Positions 1 to 11,199 of a stretch of 64,000 nucleotides of DNA are shown here, in pieces. A model generated the notes under the pieces. It did not search any database, was not told the origin of the DNA, and saw only the letters and a list, made by a program, of their open reading frames with translations. The stretch lies in assembly GCF_054482595.1 (NCBI RefSeq), contig NZ_CM137008.1, one strand, 5' to 3'. Each line of letters opens with the position of its first letter. Position 1 is the stretch's first letter. Both the position numbers and the translations under genes were made by a program.

Positions 1-664
1 CATTCTCCATTCACGTCTCGAAGAGATGAACGGCGTTCCGGTGGTGCCGCTGTATGACACGCCGCTTTCCGGGGTTAACCGCCTGCTAAAACGTGCGGAA
101 GACATTGTGCTGGCGACGCTGATCTTGCTGCTGATCTCCCCGGTGCTGTGCTGTATTGCGCTGGCGGTGAAACTCAGTTCACCTGGGCCGGTTATTTTCC
201 GCCAGACTCGCTATGGCATGGATGGCAAGCCGATCAAAGTGTGGAAGTTCCGTTCCATGAAAGTGATGGAGAACGACAAAGTGGTGACTCAGGCGACGCA
301 GAACGATCCGCGCGTCACCAAAGTGGGGAACTTTCTGCGCCGCACCTCGCTGGATGAACTGCCGCAGTTTATCAATGTGCTGACCGGGGGGATGTCGATT
401 GTCGGTCCACGTCCGCACGCAGTAGCGCATAACGAACAGTATCGCCAGCTCATTGAAGGCTACATGCTGCGCCACAAAGTGAAACCGGGCATTACCGGCT
501 GGGCGCAGATTAATGGCTGGCGCGGCGAAACCGACACGCTGGAGAAAATGGAAAAACGCGTCGAGTTCGACCTTGAGTACATCCGCGAATGGAGCGTCTG
601 GTTCGATATCAAAATCGTTTTCCTGACGGTGTTCAAAGGTTTCGTTAACAAAGCGGCATATTGA
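1..664 (+). CDS. wcaJ: Colanic acid undecaprenyl-phosphate glucose phosphotransferase WcaJ, C-terminal part (5' end outside window)
   Basis: Reading frame is open to the window start; the 26..664 ORF is an internal Met. C-terminal sugar-transferase domain (SIVGPRPHAVAHNEQY, GWAQINGWRGET). Sits directly upstream of wzxC as in the colanic-acid cluster. Confidence 0.88.
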   Translation, partial: ILHSRLEEMNGVPVVPLYDTPLSGVNRLLKRAEDIVLATLILLLISPVLCCIALAVKLSSPGPVIFRQTRYGMDGKPIKVWKFRSMKVMENDKVVTQATQNDPRVTKVGNFLRRTSLDELPQFINVLTGGMSIVGPRPHAVAHNEQYRQLIEGYMLRHKVKPGITGWAQINGWRGETDTLEKMEKRVEFDLEYIREWSVWFDIKIVFLTVFKGFVNKAAY

Positions 665-665
665 T

Positions 666-2144
666 ATGAGCTTACGTGAAAAAACCATCAGCGGCGCGAA
701 GTGGTCGGCGATTGCCACGGTGATCATCATCGGCCTCGGGCTGGTGCAGATGACCGTGCTGGCGCGGATTATCGACAACCACCAGTTCGGCCTGCTGACT
801 GTGTCGCTGGTGATTATCGCGCTGGCAGATACGCTTTCTGACTTCGGTATCGCTAACTCGATTATTCAGCGAAAAGAAATCAGTCACCTTGAACTCACCA
901 CGTTGTACTGGCTGAACGTCGGGCTGGGGATCGTGGTGTGCGTGGCGGTGTTTTTGTTGAGTGATCTCATCGGCGACGTGCTGAATAACCCGGACCTGGC
1001 ACCGTTGATTAAAACATTGTCGCTGGCGTTTGTGGTGATCCCCCACGGGCAACAGTTCCGCGCGTTGATGCAGAAGGAGCTGGAGTTCAACAAAATCGGC
1101 ATGATCGAAACCAGCGCGGTGCTGGCGGGCTTCACTTTTACGGTGGTTAGCGCCCATTTCTGGCCGCTGGCGATGACCGCGATCCTCGGTTATCTGGTCA
1201 ATAGTGCGGTGAGAACGCTGCTGTTTGGCTACTTTGGTCGAAAAATTTATCGCCCCGGTCTGCATTTCTCGCTGGCGTCTGTGGCACCAAACTTACGTTT
1301 TGGTGCCTGGCTGACGGCGGACAGCATCATCAACTATCTCAATACCAACCTTTCAACGCTGGTGCTGGCGCGTATTCTCGGCGCGGGCGTGGCAGGGGGA
1401 TACAACCTGGCGTACAACGTGGCCGTTGTGCCGCCGATGAAGCTGAACCCAATCATCACCCGTGTGTTGTTTCCGGCGTTTGCCAAAATTCAGGACGATA
1501 CCGAAAAGCTGCGCGTCAACTTCTACAAGCTGCTGTCGGTGGTGGGGATTATCAACTTTCCGGCGCTGCTCGGGCTGATGGTGGTGTCAAATAACTTTGT
1601 ACCGCTGGTATTTGGCGAAAAGTGGAACAGCATTATTCCGGTGCTGCAATTGCTGTGTGTGGTGGGGCTACTGCGCTCCGTGGGTAACCCGATTGGTTCG
1701 CTGCTGATGGCGAAAGCGCGGGTCGATATCAGCTTTAAATTCAACGTATTCAAAACATTTCTGTTTATTCCGGCGATTGTTATTGGTGGGCAGATGGCGG
1801 GCGCAATCGGCGTCACGCTCGGTTTCCTGCTGGTGCAGATTATCAACACCATTCTGAGTTACTTCGTGATGATTAAACCGGTTCTTGGTTCCAGTTATCG
1901 CCAGTACATCCTGAGTTTGTGGCTGCCGTTTTATCTCTCGTTGCCGACGCTGGTGGTCAGTTATGCGCTGGGCATTGTGCTGAAAGGGCAACTGGCGCTG
2001 GGGATGCTGCTGGCGGTGCAAATAGCCGCGGGCGTGCTGGCGTTTGTGGTGATGATTGTGCTGTCGCGCCATCCGCTGGTGGTGGAAGTGAAGCGTCAGT
2101 TTTGTCGCAGCGAAAAAATGAAAATGCTTTTACGGGCGGGGTGA
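666..2144 (+). CDS. wzxC: Colanic acid repeat-unit flippase (polysaccharide exporter family)
   Basis: 492-aa polytopic membrane protein; gene order wcaJ-wzxC-wcaK-wcaL-wcaM matches the E. coli colanic-acid cluster. Confidence 0.88.
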   Translation: MSLREKTISGAKWSAIATVIIIGLGLVQMTVLARIIDNHQFGLLTVSLVIIALADTLSDFGIANSIIQRKEISHLELTTLYWLNVGLGIVVCVAVFLLSDLIGDVLNNPDLAPLIKTLSLAFVVIPHGQQFRALMQKELEFNKIGMIETSAVLAGFTFTVVSAHFWPLAMTAILGYLVNSAVRTLLFGYFGRKIYRPGLHFSLASVAPNLRFGAWLTADSIINYLNTNLSTLVLARILGAGVAGGYNLAYNVAVVPPMKLNPIITRVLFPAFAKIQDDTEKLRVNFYKLLSVVGIINFPALLGLMVVSNNFVPLVFGEKWNSIIPVLQLLCVVGLLRSVGNPIGSLLMAKARVDISFKFNVFKTFLFIPAIVIGGQMAGAIGVTLGFLLVQIINTILSYFVMIKPVLGSSYRQYILSLWLPFYLSLPTLVVSYALGIVLKGQLALGMLLAVQIAAGVLAFVVMIVLSRHPLVVEVKRQFCRSEKMKMLLRAG

Positions 2145-2190
2145 GTTGTTGTTTTCGGTTCCGACAACGGTTGCCGGGTGCAGCGTAAAA

Positions 2191-2358
2191 CGCCTTATCC
2201 ATCCTACGGTTCTGTGCTCGGGTCTTGTAGGCCTGATAAGACGCGTCAGCGTCGCATCAGGCACTGAATGCCGGATGCGGCGTGAACGCCTTATCCGGCC
2301 TACGGTTCTGTGCTCGGGTCTTGTAGGCCTGATAAGACGTGCCAGCGTCGCATCAGGC
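2191..2358. repeat. REP/BIME palindromic units (two ~72-bp copies)
   Basis: Two near-identical units, cgccttatcc(a/g)(t/g)cctacggttctgtgctcgggtcttgtaggcctgataagacg...cgcatcaggc, at 2191-2262 and 2287-2358, containing the classic REP palindrome gcctgatgcgacgc; intergenic between wzxC and wcaK. Confidence 0.75.
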
Positions 2359-2419
2359 AAAAAACGGCAACGAACACAACAAACACAGCCTCACCTGGCA
2401 TCAAATTTATGAGGAAAAA

Positions 2420-3700
2420 ATGAAATTACTTATTCTGGGCAACCACACTTGCGGCAACCGCGGCGACAGCGCCATCCTGCGCGGCTTACTTGATGCCATC
2501 AACATCCTCAATCCACACGCCGAAGTGGACGTGATGAGCCGCTATCCGGTCAGTTCTTCCTGGCTGCTCAACCGCCCGGTAATGGGCGATCCGCTGTTCC
2601 TGCAAATGAAACAACACAATAGCGCGGCGGGCGTTGTCGGGCGCGTTAAAAAAGTCCTCCGTCGCCGCTATCAACACCAGGTACTGCTCTCACGCGTCAC
2701 CGACACTGGCAAGCTGCGCAATATCGCCATCGCCCAGGGATTCACCGACTTCGTGCGCCTGCTGTCAGGTTACGACGCCATTATTCAGGTCGGCGGATCG
2801 TTTTTTGTCGATCTCTATGGCGTGCCGCAGTTTGAACATGCACTTTGCACGTTTATGGCGAAAAAGCTGCTGTTTATGATTGGTCACAGCGTCGGTCCCT
2901 TCCAGGATGAGCAATTTAACCAACTGGCGAACTATGTCTTTGGTCATTGCGACGCGCTGATCCTGCGCGAATCGGTCAGCCTCGATCTAATGAAACGCAG
3001 CAATATCACTACCGCAAAAGTGGAACATGGCGTTGATACCGCGTGGCTGGTCGATCACCACACCGAAGATTTCACCGCCAGCTATGCCGTCCAACACTGG
3101 CTGGACGTTGCCGCACAACAGAAAACGGTGGCAATTACCCTGCGCGAACTGGCACCGTTCGACAAACGTCTCGGCACCACTCAACAAGCGTATGAAAAAG
3201 CCTTTGCCGGGGTGGTCAATCGCATTCTCGATGAAGGGTATCAGGTGATTGCGCTCTCCACCTGTACGGGCATCGACAGCTATAACAAAGACGACCGCAT
3301 GGTGGCGCTCAATCTGCGCCAGCACATCAGCGATCCTGCCCGTTACCACGTAGTGATGGATGAATTCAACGATCTGGAAATGGGCAAAATTCTCGGTGCC
3401 TGTGAACTCACCGTCGGTACGCGCCTGCACTCTGCCATTATCTCGATGAATTTTGCCACTCCGGCAATTGCCATCAACTACGAACATAAATCCGCCGGGA
3501 TTATGCAGCAGCTGGGACTACCGGAGATGGCAATTGATATCCGTCATTTATTAGACGGCAGCCTGCAAGCGATGGTTGCGGATACCTTAGGCCAGCTTCC
3601 GGTGCTGAACGCTCGACTTAACGAAGCCGTCAGTCGCGAACGTCAGACGGGAATGCAGATGGTGCAATCTGTGCTTGAACGCATCGGGGAGGTGAAATGA
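2420..3700 (+). CDS. wcaK: Colanic acid biosynthesis pyruvyl transferase
   Basis: ORF 2339..3700; start reassigned to the internal ATG at 2420 (MKLLILGNHTCGNRGDSAIL), giving 426 aa; position in cluster. Confidence 0.85.
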   Translation: MKLLILGNHTCGNRGDSAILRGLLDAINILNPHAEVDVMSRYPVSSSWLLNRPVMGDPLFLQMKQHNSAAGVVGRVKKVLRRRYQHQVLLSRVTDTGKLRNIAIAQGFTDFVRLLSGYDAIIQVGGSFFVDLYGVPQFEHALCTFMAKKLLFMIGHSVGPFQDEQFNQLANYVFGHCDALILRESVSLDLMKRSNITTAKVEHGVDTAWLVDHHTEDFTASYAVQHWLDVAAQQKTVAITLRELAPFDKRLGTTQQAYEKAFAGVVNRILDEGYQVIALSTCTGIDSYNKDDRMVALNLRQHISDPARYHVVMDEFNDLEMGKILGACELTVGTRLHSAIISMNFATPAIAINYEHKSAGIMQQLGLPEMAIDIRHLLDGSLQAMVADTLGQLPVLNARLNEAVSRERQTGMQMVQSVLERIGEVK

Positions 3701-4917
3701 AGGTCGGCTTCTTTTTACTGAAATTTCCGCTGTCTTCGGAAACCTTCGTCCTCAATCAAATTACCGCGTTTATTGATATGGGCTTTGAGGTGGAGATTGT
3801 CGCGCTGCAAAAAGGCGACACCCAGAACACCCACGCGGCATGGACGAAATACAACCTTGCCGCAAGAACCCGTTGGTTACAGGACGAACCTACGGGCAAA
3901 GTGGCGAAGCTACGCCACCGTGCCAGCCAGACGTTACGAGGCATTCATCGTAAAAATACCTGGCAGGCGCTCAACCTCAAACGCTATGGCGCAGAGTCGC
4001 GGAATCTGATTTTGTCTGCCATTTGCGGCCAGGTCGCAACACCGTTTCGCGCCGATGTGTTCATCGCTCATTTTGGTCCAGCGGGGGTAACCGCAGCAAA
4101 ACTCCGCGAACTGGGTGTCATTCGCGGCAAAATTGCCACCATTTTCCACGGCATTGATATTTCCAGTCGGGAAGTGCTCAACCACTACACTCCCGAATAT
4201 CAGCAACTGTTTCGCCGTGGCGACCTGATGTTACCGATAAGCGATCTGTGGGCCGGAAGGCTGCAAAAAATGGGCTGCCCGAGGGAAAAAATCGCCGTAT
4301 CGCGCATGGGCGTAGATATGACGCGCTTTAGCCCGCGTCCCGTGAAAGCGCCCGCAACGCCGCTGGAGATTATTTCCGTCGCACGCTTAACCGAGAAAAA
4401 AGGCCTGCATGTGGCGATCGAAGCCTGCCGTCAGTTGAAAGAGCAGGGCGTGGCATTTCGCTATCGCATCCTCGGCATTGGCCCGTGGGAAAGACGCCTG
4501 CGTACCCTCATCGAACAATATCAACTCGAAGATGTGGTGGAGATGCCGGGCTTTAAACCGAGCCACGAAGTGAAAGCGATGCTCGACGACGCGGATGTTT
4601 TCTTGTTGCCATCGGTAACGGGTGCGGATGGCGATATGGAAGGTATTCCGGTGGCGCTAATGGAAGCGATGGCGGTCGGTATTCCGGTGGTTTCTACTCT
4701 GCATAGCGGAATACCGGAACTGGTGGAGGCCGATAAATCCGGCTGGCTGGTGCCTGAGAACGATGCTCGCGCACTGGCGCAACGACTGGCGGCGTTTAGC
4801 CAACTGGACACCGACGAATTGGCTCCGGTCGTCAAACGCGCGCGCGAAAAAGTCGAACACGATTTTAACCAGCAGGTGATTAACCGAGAACTCGCCAGCT
4901 TGCTGCAGGCTTTATAG
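3697..4917 (+). CDS. wcaL: Colanic acid glycosyltransferase (GT4 family)
   Basis: 406-aa ORF whose start overlaps the wcaK stop; GT-B-type C-terminal motif region ([20 protein letters not shown]); position in cluster. Confidence 0.85.
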   Translation: MKVGFFLLKFPLSSETFVLNQITAFIDMGFEVEIVALQKGDTQNTHAAWTKYNLAARTRWLQDEPTGKVAKLRHRASQTLRGIHRKNTWQALNLKRYGAESRNLILSAICGQVATPFRADVFIAHFGPAGVTAAKLRELGVIRGKIATIFHGIDISSREVLNHYTPEYQQLFRRGDLMLPISDLWAGRLQKMGCPREKIAVSRMGVDMTRFSPRPVKAPATPLEIISVARLTEKKGLHVAIEACRQLKEQGVAFRYRILGIGPWERRLRTLIEQYQLEDVVEMPGFKPSHEVKAMLDDADVFLLPSVTGADGDMEGIPVALMEAMAVGIPVVSTLHSGIPELVEADKSGWLVPENDARALAQRLAAFSQLDTDELAPVVKRAREKVEHDFNQQVINRELASLLQAL

Positions 4918-4927
4918 AGGAGAACGT

Positions 4928-6322
4928 ATGCCATTTAAAAAACTCTCCCGACGCACCTTCCTGACGGCAAGCTCGGCGCTTGCCTTCCTCCATACCCCTT
5001 TCGCTCGCGCACTTCCTGCTCGACCAAGCGTTAATATCAACGATTACAATCCGCACGACTGGATCGCCTCATTTAAACAAGCTTTTAGTGAAGGGCAAAC
5101 GGTCGTCGTGCCTGCCGGATTGGTTTGTGACAATATCAACACCGGCATCTTCATTCCTGCAGGTAAAACGTTACACATCCTTGGAAGCCTGCGCGGCAAC
5201 GGCAAAGGGCGATTTGTTTTACAGGACGGCAGCCAGGTGACAGGGGAGGAGGGCGGCAGTATGCATAACATCACCCTGGATGTGCGCGGCTCTGACTGCA
5301 CCATCAAAGGGCTGGCGATGAGCGGCTTTGGCCCGGTAACGCAGATTTATATCGGCGGCAAAAACAAACGGGTCATGCGCAACCTGACCATCGATAACCT
5401 CACTGTCAGCCACGCTAATTACGCCATCTTACGCCAGGGATTTCATAACCAGATTATCGGTGCCAACATCACCAATTGTAAGTTCAGCGACTTACAGGGG
5501 GACGCTATTGAATGGAACGTGGCGATTAACGACAGTGATATTTTGATCTCCGACCATGTCATCGAGCGCATCAACTGTACTAACGACAAAATCAACTGGG
5601 GCATCGGCATAGGTCTTTCGGGTAGTACCTACGATAACAACTACCCGGAAGACCAGGCAGTGAAAAACTTTGTCGTGGCGAATATCACGGGATCGGATTG
5701 TCGGCAGTTGATCCATGTTGAAAATGGTAAACATTTTGTTATTCGTAATATCAAAGCCCGCAATATCACACCGGATTTCAGTAAGAAAGCAGGTATTGAT
5801 AACGCGACAGTCGCTATTTACGGTTGTGACAATTTCGTGATTGATAATATTGAAATGATTAATAGCGCCGGGATGTTAATCGGTTATGGGGTAATTAAAG
5901 GCAAATATCTCTCGATACCGCAAAATTTCCGAGTGAATAATATTCAACTGGATAATACCCACCTTGCTTACAAATTGCGCGGTATCCAAATCTCCGCCGG
6001 GAATGCTTTCTCCTTTGTGGCGCTGACTAACATTGAGATGAAGCGTGCCTCGCTGGAGCTTCACAATAAACCGCAACATCTTTTTATGCGAAATATCAAT
6101 GTGATGCAGGAATCCTCAGTTGGACCCGCATTGAGCATGAACTTCGACATGCGCAAAGACGTTCGCGGCGTCTTTATGGCGAAAAAAGAAACGCTGCTTT
6201 CACTCACGAATATTCATGCCGTGAATGAAAAAGGGCAAAGCACCGTCGATATCGACAGGATAAATCACCATATTGTTAATGTGGAAAAGATTAACTTTAA
6301 ATTGCCGGAACGGAGGGAGTAG
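4928..6322 (+). CDS. wcaM: Colanic acid biosynthesis protein WcaM (signal peptide, beta-helix-like)
   Basis: 464 aa with an N-terminal twin-arginine-like leader ([13 protein letters not shown]); last gene of the colanic-acid cluster by position. Confidence 0.8.
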   Translation: MPFKKLSRRTFLTASSALAFLHTPFARALPARPSVNINDYNPHDWIASFKQAFSEGQTVVVPAGLVCDNINTGIFIPAGKTLHILGSLRGNGKGRFVLQDGSQVTGEEGGSMHNITLDVRGSDCTIKGLAMSGFGPVTQIYIGGKNKRVMRNLTIDNLTVSHANYAILRQGFHNQIIGANITNCKFSDLQGDAIEWNVAINDSDILISDHVIERINCTNDKINWGIGIGLSGSTYDNNYPEDQAVKNFVVANITGSDCRQLIHVENGKHFVIRNIKARNITPDFSKKAGIDNATVAIYGCDNFVIDNIEMINSAGMLIGYGVIKGKYLSIPQNFRVNNIQLDNTHLAYKLRGIQISAGNAFSFVALTNIEMKRASLELHNKPQHLFMRNINVMQESSVGPALSMNFDMRKDVRGVFMAKKETLLSLTNIHAVNEKGQSTVDIDRINHHIVNVEKINFKLPERRE

Positions 6323-6479
6323 ATTTGCGACCATTCATAAACTTACTGGATATAATGTTCTAAAAGATTATAATCCTTACGCTAACTGTTAAAGCTGGGG
6401 CTGGGCAGCATTGACTACTCAGGGAAGATACTCATCTTTATCTTGTGTTTCTTACGTAACAACCAGACTAAAGTGATTT

Positions 6480-7475
6480 ATGAACGATAACGTTTTGCTC
6501 ATAGGAGCTTCCGGATTCGTAGGAACCCGACTACTTGAAACGGCAATTGCTGACTTTAATATCAAGAACCTGGACAAACAGCAGAGCCACTTTTATCCAG
6601 AAATCACGCAGATTGGTGATGTTCGTGATCAACAGGCACTCGACCAGGCGTTAGCCGGTTTTGACACTGTTGTACTACTGGCAGCGGAACACCGCGATGA
6701 CGTCAGCCCTACTTCTCTCTATTATGATGTCAACGTTCAGGGTACCCGCAATGTGCTGGCGGCCATGGAAAAAAATGGCGTTAAAAATATCATCTTTACC
6801 AGTTCCGTTGCTGTTTATGGTTTGAACAAACACAACCCTGACGAAAACCATCCACACGATCCTTTCAACCACTACGGCAAAAGTAAGTGGCAGGCAGAGG
6901 AAGTGCTGCGTGAATGGTATAACAAAGCACCAACAGAACGTTCATTAACCATCATCCGTCCTACCGTTATCTTCGGTGAACGGAACCGCGGTAACGTCTA
7001 TAACTTGCTGAAACAGATCGCTGGCGGCAAGTTTATGATGGTGGGCGCAGGGACTAACTATAAGTCCATGGCTTATGTTGGAAACATTGTTGAGTTTATC
7101 AAGTACAAACTGAAGAATGTTGCCGCAGGTTATGAGGTTTATAACTACGTTGATAAGCCAGACCTGAACATGAACCAGTTGGTTGCTGAAGTTGAACAAA
7201 GCCTGAACAAAAAGATCCCTTCTATGCACTTGCCTTACCCACTAGGAATGCTGGGTGGATATTGTTTTGATATCCTGAGCAAAATTACGGGCAAAAAATA
7301 CGCTGTCAGCTCAGTGCGCGTGAAAAAATTCTGCGCAACAACACAGTTTGACGCAACGAAAGTGCATTCTTCAGGTTTTGTGGCACCGTATACGCTGTCG
7401 CAAGGTCTGGATCGAACTCTGCAGTATGAATTCGTTCATGCCAAAAAAGACGACATAACGTTTGTTTCTGAGTAA
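6480..7475 (+). CDS. gne: NAD-dependent epimerase, UDP-GlcNAc/GalNAc 4-epimerase-like (Gne family)
   Basis: 331 aa with an N-terminal Rossmann motif (LLIGASGFVGTRL) and a YxxxK active-site motif (YGKSK); lies between wcaM and galF, where gne is found in several E. coli serogroups. Confidence 0.65.
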   Translation: MNDNVLLIGASGFVGTRLLETAIADFNIKNLDKQQSHFYPEITQIGDVRDQQALDQALAGFDTVVLLAAEHRDDVSPTSLYYDVNVQGTRNVLAAMEKNGVKNIIFTSSVAVYGLNKHNPDENHPHDPFNHYGKSKWQAEEVLREWYNKAPTERSLTIIRPTVIFGERNRGNVYNLLKQIAGGKFMMVGAGTNYKSMAYVGNIVEFIKYKLKNVAAGYEVYNYVDKPDLNMNQLVAEVEQSLNKKIPSMHLPYPLGMLGGYCFDILSKITGKKYAVSSVRVKKFCATTQFDATKVHSSGFVAPYTLSQGLDRTLQYEFVHAKKDDITFVSE

Positions 7476-7717
7476 TGCAGACGAGTCAGAGAAAAAAGGA
7501 CCAGGTTGGACTACGATTATTCGGAAAGAGGTACTGATTAAATTATCAGTATGCGGAATTCCGAGTAATCCGAGTAACCCAGATGCTGATGGTGTGTAGT
7601 GTTATCCTAAGGTTTAAGCAAAGTTTTGCGGAACTAAGCTTTGGTATATAGCCATAACGTTTGGCTAACCTATGGCAATAATTTACGCACTATCAGCCAC
7701 TTAGAGGTAGGAAAAGA

Positions 7718-8611
7718 ATGACGAATTTAAAAGCAGTTATACCGGTAGCAGGTCTTGGGATGCATATGTTGCCTGCCACTAAGGCGATTCCCAAAGAGAT
7801 GCTACCGATCGTCGACAAGCCAATGATTCAGTACATTGTTGACGAGATTGTGGCTGCAGGGATCAAAGAAATCCTCCTGGTGACTCACGCGTCCAAGAAC
7901 GCGGTCGAAAACCACTTCGACACCTCTTATGAATTAGAATCTCTCCTTGAACAGCGCGTGAAGCGTCAACTGTTGGCGGAAGTGCAGTCTATCTGTCCGC
8001 CTGGCGTGACCATTATGAACGTGCGTCAGGGCGAACCTTTAGGTTTAGGCCACTCCATTTTATGTGCACGACCCGCCATTGGCGACAACCCATTTGTCGT
8101 GGTACTGCCAGACGTAGTGATCGACGACGCCAGCGCTGACCCGCTGCGCTACAACCTTGCTGCCATGATTGCGCGCTTCAATGAAACGGGCCGTAGCCAG
8201 GTGCTGGCAAAACGTATGCCGGGTGACCTCTCTGAATACTCTGTCATCCAGACCAAAGAACCGCTTGATCGTGAAGGTAAAGTCAGCCGCATTGTTGAAT
8301 TTATCGAAAAACCGGATCAGCCGCAGACGCTGGACTCAGACATCATGGCTGTTGGTCGCTATGTGCTTTCTGCCGATATTTGGCCGGAACTAGAACGTAC
8401 TCAGCCTGGTGCATGGGGACGTATTCAGCTGACTGATGCAATTGCTGAGCTGGCGAAAAAACAGTCCGTTGATGCCATGCTGATGACCGGCGACAGTTAC
8501 GACTGCGGTAAAAAAATGGGTTATATGCAGGCGTTTGTGAAGTATGGGCTTAGGAATTTAAAGGAAGGTGATAAGTTCAGGATGAGTGTAAAAAAATTGT
8601 TAGAAATCTAA
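7718..8611 (+). CDS. galF: UTP-glucose-1-phosphate uridylyltransferase paralog GalF
   Basis: 297 aa with a nucleotidyltransferase N-terminus ([35 protein letters not shown]); immediately precedes the O-antigen cluster. Confidence 0.9.
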   Translation: MTNLKAVIPVAGLGMHMLPATKAIPKEMLPIVDKPMIQYIVDEIVAAGIKEILLVTHASKNAVENHFDTSYELESLLEQRVKRQLLAEVQSICPPGVTIMNVRQGEPLGLGHSILCARPAIGDNPFVVVLPDVVIDDASADPLRYNLAAMIARFNETGRSQVLAKRMPGDLSEYSVIQTKEPLDREGKVSRIVEFIEKPDQPQTLDSDIMAVGRYVLSADIWPELERTQPGAWGRIQLTDAIAELAKKQSVDAMLMTGDSYDCGKKMGYMQAFVKYGLRNLKEGDKFRMSVKKLLEI

Positions 8612-8842
8612 CTCCGAACTATTAACGCGTTCCTTGGGCGATAGGGGACTTAATACGATTGTAATGGTTAATCGTGTTTCCCCTTTTTTAGATTGATTGG
8701 TAGTTGGAATGGAAATTTTATATTGAGCAAAATATGGGGAAAATATATTTTAGTTAGTTATTAAGAGTACAATCTGTTGAATACTTGTTTCGCTAAATAA
8801 TTGAGTTTTAGGTTTTTATTAAAATTTATAACTATTAATGAG

Positions 8843-8883
8843 CATAGTGCACTGGTAGCTATAGAGCCAGGGGCGGTAGCTTG
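8843..8883 (+). promoter_or_regulatory. JUMPstart element with ops (GGCGGTAG) antitermination site upstream of the O-antigen operon
   Basis: cactggtagctatagagccaggggcggtagcttg; ops core ggcggtag at 8872-8879, about 80 bp upstream of wzx; RfaH-dependent operons carry this element. Confidence 0.65.
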
Positions 8884-8960
8884 TTTAGTGTTAGGTATTC
8901 TGGTTTTAAAAGCATAAAACTCTCCAGTATTTTCATTGCATACATAATATTATTCATTAA

Positions 8961-10208
8961 ATGTCATTAAAAAAAAATGTTATATATCTAGTGTTGATGC
9001 AAGCGGTTAATTATATTGCTCCTCTTGTTTTAGTACCATATTTAACGCGAATCCTTGGAGTGGAAAAATATGGCGTTCTAGGTCTTGCTATTACGGTTAG
9101 CCAGTACTTAATTTTGTTGACGGATTTTGGTTTTAATTTTACTGCCAGTAGAAAAATAGCTCAATTTAAAGATAGTAAAGTCAGGGTTAGTCAAATATTT
9201 TGGACTATCATCTCAGCAAAATTTTTAATGATGATAGTATCATTCGGTTTAATTGTCCCTTTTGTTGTGTTTTCAGAAAAATTAAATCCCTTAAAATGGG
9301 AAATATTTTTAGTTTCGCTATCTGTAGTTGCGAGTGTGATTATTCCATCTTGGTTGTTTCAGGGGCTTGAAAAGGTTACAGTTTTTTCCGGCATCAATAT
9401 TTTTTCTAAGATTTTGATTGTGCCTCTTGTCTTTATTTTTGTGAAATCTAAGGAGGATTTACTGATTGCCTGCTTATTACAAGGTGGAGTGCAAGTATTT
9501 TCTGGAATAATATCCATATTGTATGTTAAGTATAATAAGATTATTTCATTTAAAGTTGTGAGGCCAAAATTAATCTTTATATATTTAAAAGAGTCTCTAT
9601 CAGTATTTTTAGGTAATTTATCTATTTCTTTATATACTCTCAGTACGCCCTTAGTTTTAGCTCTTATGGGGACAACGTATCAAGTTGGGCTTTATAGTGC
9701 CACTGATAGAATCAGAGGGGCTGCAATTGGTATCTTTATAGTTGTTGGATATGCAATTTTCCCCAGAGTAAGCTATTTGTTTAAAAAAAATCCCTTAGAA
9801 GCTAATGTTTTGCTTAAAAAAATAATATTTATCTTCTCGATTCTGGGATGTTTAGGTGGAGTACTTGTATATAGTATTGCTGATGAGATTGTTTTAGTTG
9901 CATTTGGTAATCAATATTTAGATTCTGCCATTCTTTTGAAAATAATGGCGCCTATGTTTTTACTCATTCCTCTTTCAATAATTATGGCAAACTACTTATT
10001 ATTGCCAAATGGTTTTAAAAAAGAGTATGCAAAAAATTCTGTGATAGTATGCTTATTGCATATGACATATGTTTTCCCTCTTTGTAAATACTATGGTGCA
10101 GTTGGCGGTAGTTATTCGATTCTTATTTCAGAGATAATAAGCTTTATTTTATTAATTTTTTGGACGATAAAAAATAATTTATTGAAGAAGGTTTTTTATG
10201 CAAGATAA
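8961..10208 (+). CDS. wzx: O-antigen flippase
   Basis: 415-aa highly hydrophobic polytopic protein; AT-rich codon usage typical of O-antigen clusters; first gene after JUMPstart. Confidence 0.7.
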   Translation: MSLKKNVIYLVLMQAVNYIAPLVLVPYLTRILGVEKYGVLGLAITVSQYLILLTDFGFNFTASRKIAQFKDSKVRVSQIFWTIISAKFLMMIVSFGLIVPFVVFSEKLNPLKWEIFLVSLSVVASVIIPSWLFQGLEKVTVFSGINIFSKILIVPLVFIFVKSKEDLLIACLLQGGVQVFSGIISILYVKYNKIISFKVVRPKLIFIYLKESLSVFLGNLSISLYTLSTPLVLALMGTTYQVGLYSATDRIRGAAIGIFIVVGYAIFPRVSYLFKKNPLEANVLLKKIIFIFSILGCLGGVLVYSIADEIVLVAFGNQYLDSAILLKIMAPMFLLIPLSIIMANYLLLPNGFKKEYAKNSVIVCLLHMTYVFPLCKYYGAVGGSYSILISEIISFILLIFWTIKNNLLKKVFYAR

Positions 10209-11199
10209 TAAAAGTATAAAACTAAGCGTTATAATACCATGTTGGAACTGTAGTAAATATATCACAAAAACATTGGATTCTATCAAATATTCATATTATA
10301 TGTCTAGAAAGCCAATTTTAGAGATTATTTTAGTGGATGATGGCTCTACAGACTTAACAAGCAAAATAATCAAAGCGTATGACTTCGGAACTCGAGCGGT
10401 TAATGTTAAATATCATTTTCAAAATAACGCCGGTCCTAGTAAGGCACGAAATCAAGGAATTAAATTAGCGCAAGGTAGGTATGTGACTTTCTTGGATTCG
10501 GATGATATATGGAGTCCAGATTACCTTAGAATCATAGAGTCTATAATGGACAAATATGATTCTGAAATTATTGAATTTAATGCCGTTAGGTTTATTGAAG
10601 AAAATGCCAATTTAAAAATTCATAATAATTATACATTAGTGGACGAGGAGTATCATGGTCCTATAAATGAACGTATTCTTTCTGAGGTTTTTATAAAAAG
10701 CGAGTGGTATGTTTGGGCTCGTGTTTACAAAAAAAAACTTTTGGAAGGAGAGTCCTTCAATGAAAATATTACACATCATGAAGATGCTGAATTTCTACCA
10801 CGGATTTATCTTACAGCTAAATCAATCAGCAGAATTACTTCCCAGTTAATTTATTATAGATTAACGCAGAATAGTATTACAACAAAACCAAAAATTAGTA
10901 GCATCAAAGATCTCACTTTAGTATGCGAATTGTATTATGAAAATATCAATGGGCCAAATGACAAATATTATAAGGCTGCAATGATCAACTGTCTCTGGGG
11001 TTTAAAAAGACTAATCCTTGATAAAGGAGAATTTAGTTATATAAAAAAAAGTAGAATATTATATTACTGCCATATTGCTAGAAATAGTTCACAACTTTTT
11101 AATATGTTAAGTTGGAAAAAAAGATTATTTGTTTATCTTCCTCGAACCTATATATTTTTAAATTCCCTTAAATATAAGCTGTCAAAACGTGGTGCATAA
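10198..11199 (+). CDS. Glycosyltransferase family 2
   Basis: 333 aa with N-terminal GT-A signature (LSVIIPCWNCSKYI ... LVDDGSTD ... DSDD). Confidence 0.7.
   Translation: MQDNKSIKLSVIIPCWNCSKYITKTLDSIKYSYYMSRKPILEIILVDDGSTDLTSKIIKAYDFGTRAVNVKYHFQNNAGPSKARNQGIKLAQGRYVTFLDSDDIWSPDYLRIIESIMDKYDSEIIEFNAVRFIEENANLKIHNNYTLVDEEYHGPINERILSEVFIKSEWYVWARVYKKKLLEGESFNENITHHEDAEFLPRIYLTAKSISRITSQLIYYRLTQNSITTKPKISSIKDLTLVCELYYENINGPNDKYYKAAMINCLWGLKRLILDKGEFSYIKKSRILYYCHIARNSSQLFNMLSWKKRLFVYLPRTYIFLNSLKYKLSKRGA

Noticed and set aside
179-1265. Minus-strand ORFs of 199 and 197 aa overlapping wcaJ and wzxC
   Set aside because: Antisense to well-supported colanic-acid genes; Arg/His-rich low-complexity translations typical of spurious antisense frames.
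2191-2358. Possible CRISPR array suggested by two repeated about 72-bp units
   Set aside because: Only two copies, each internally palindromic with the REP consensus, in a known REP-bearing intergenic position (wzxC-wcaK); no cas genes; not CRISPR.
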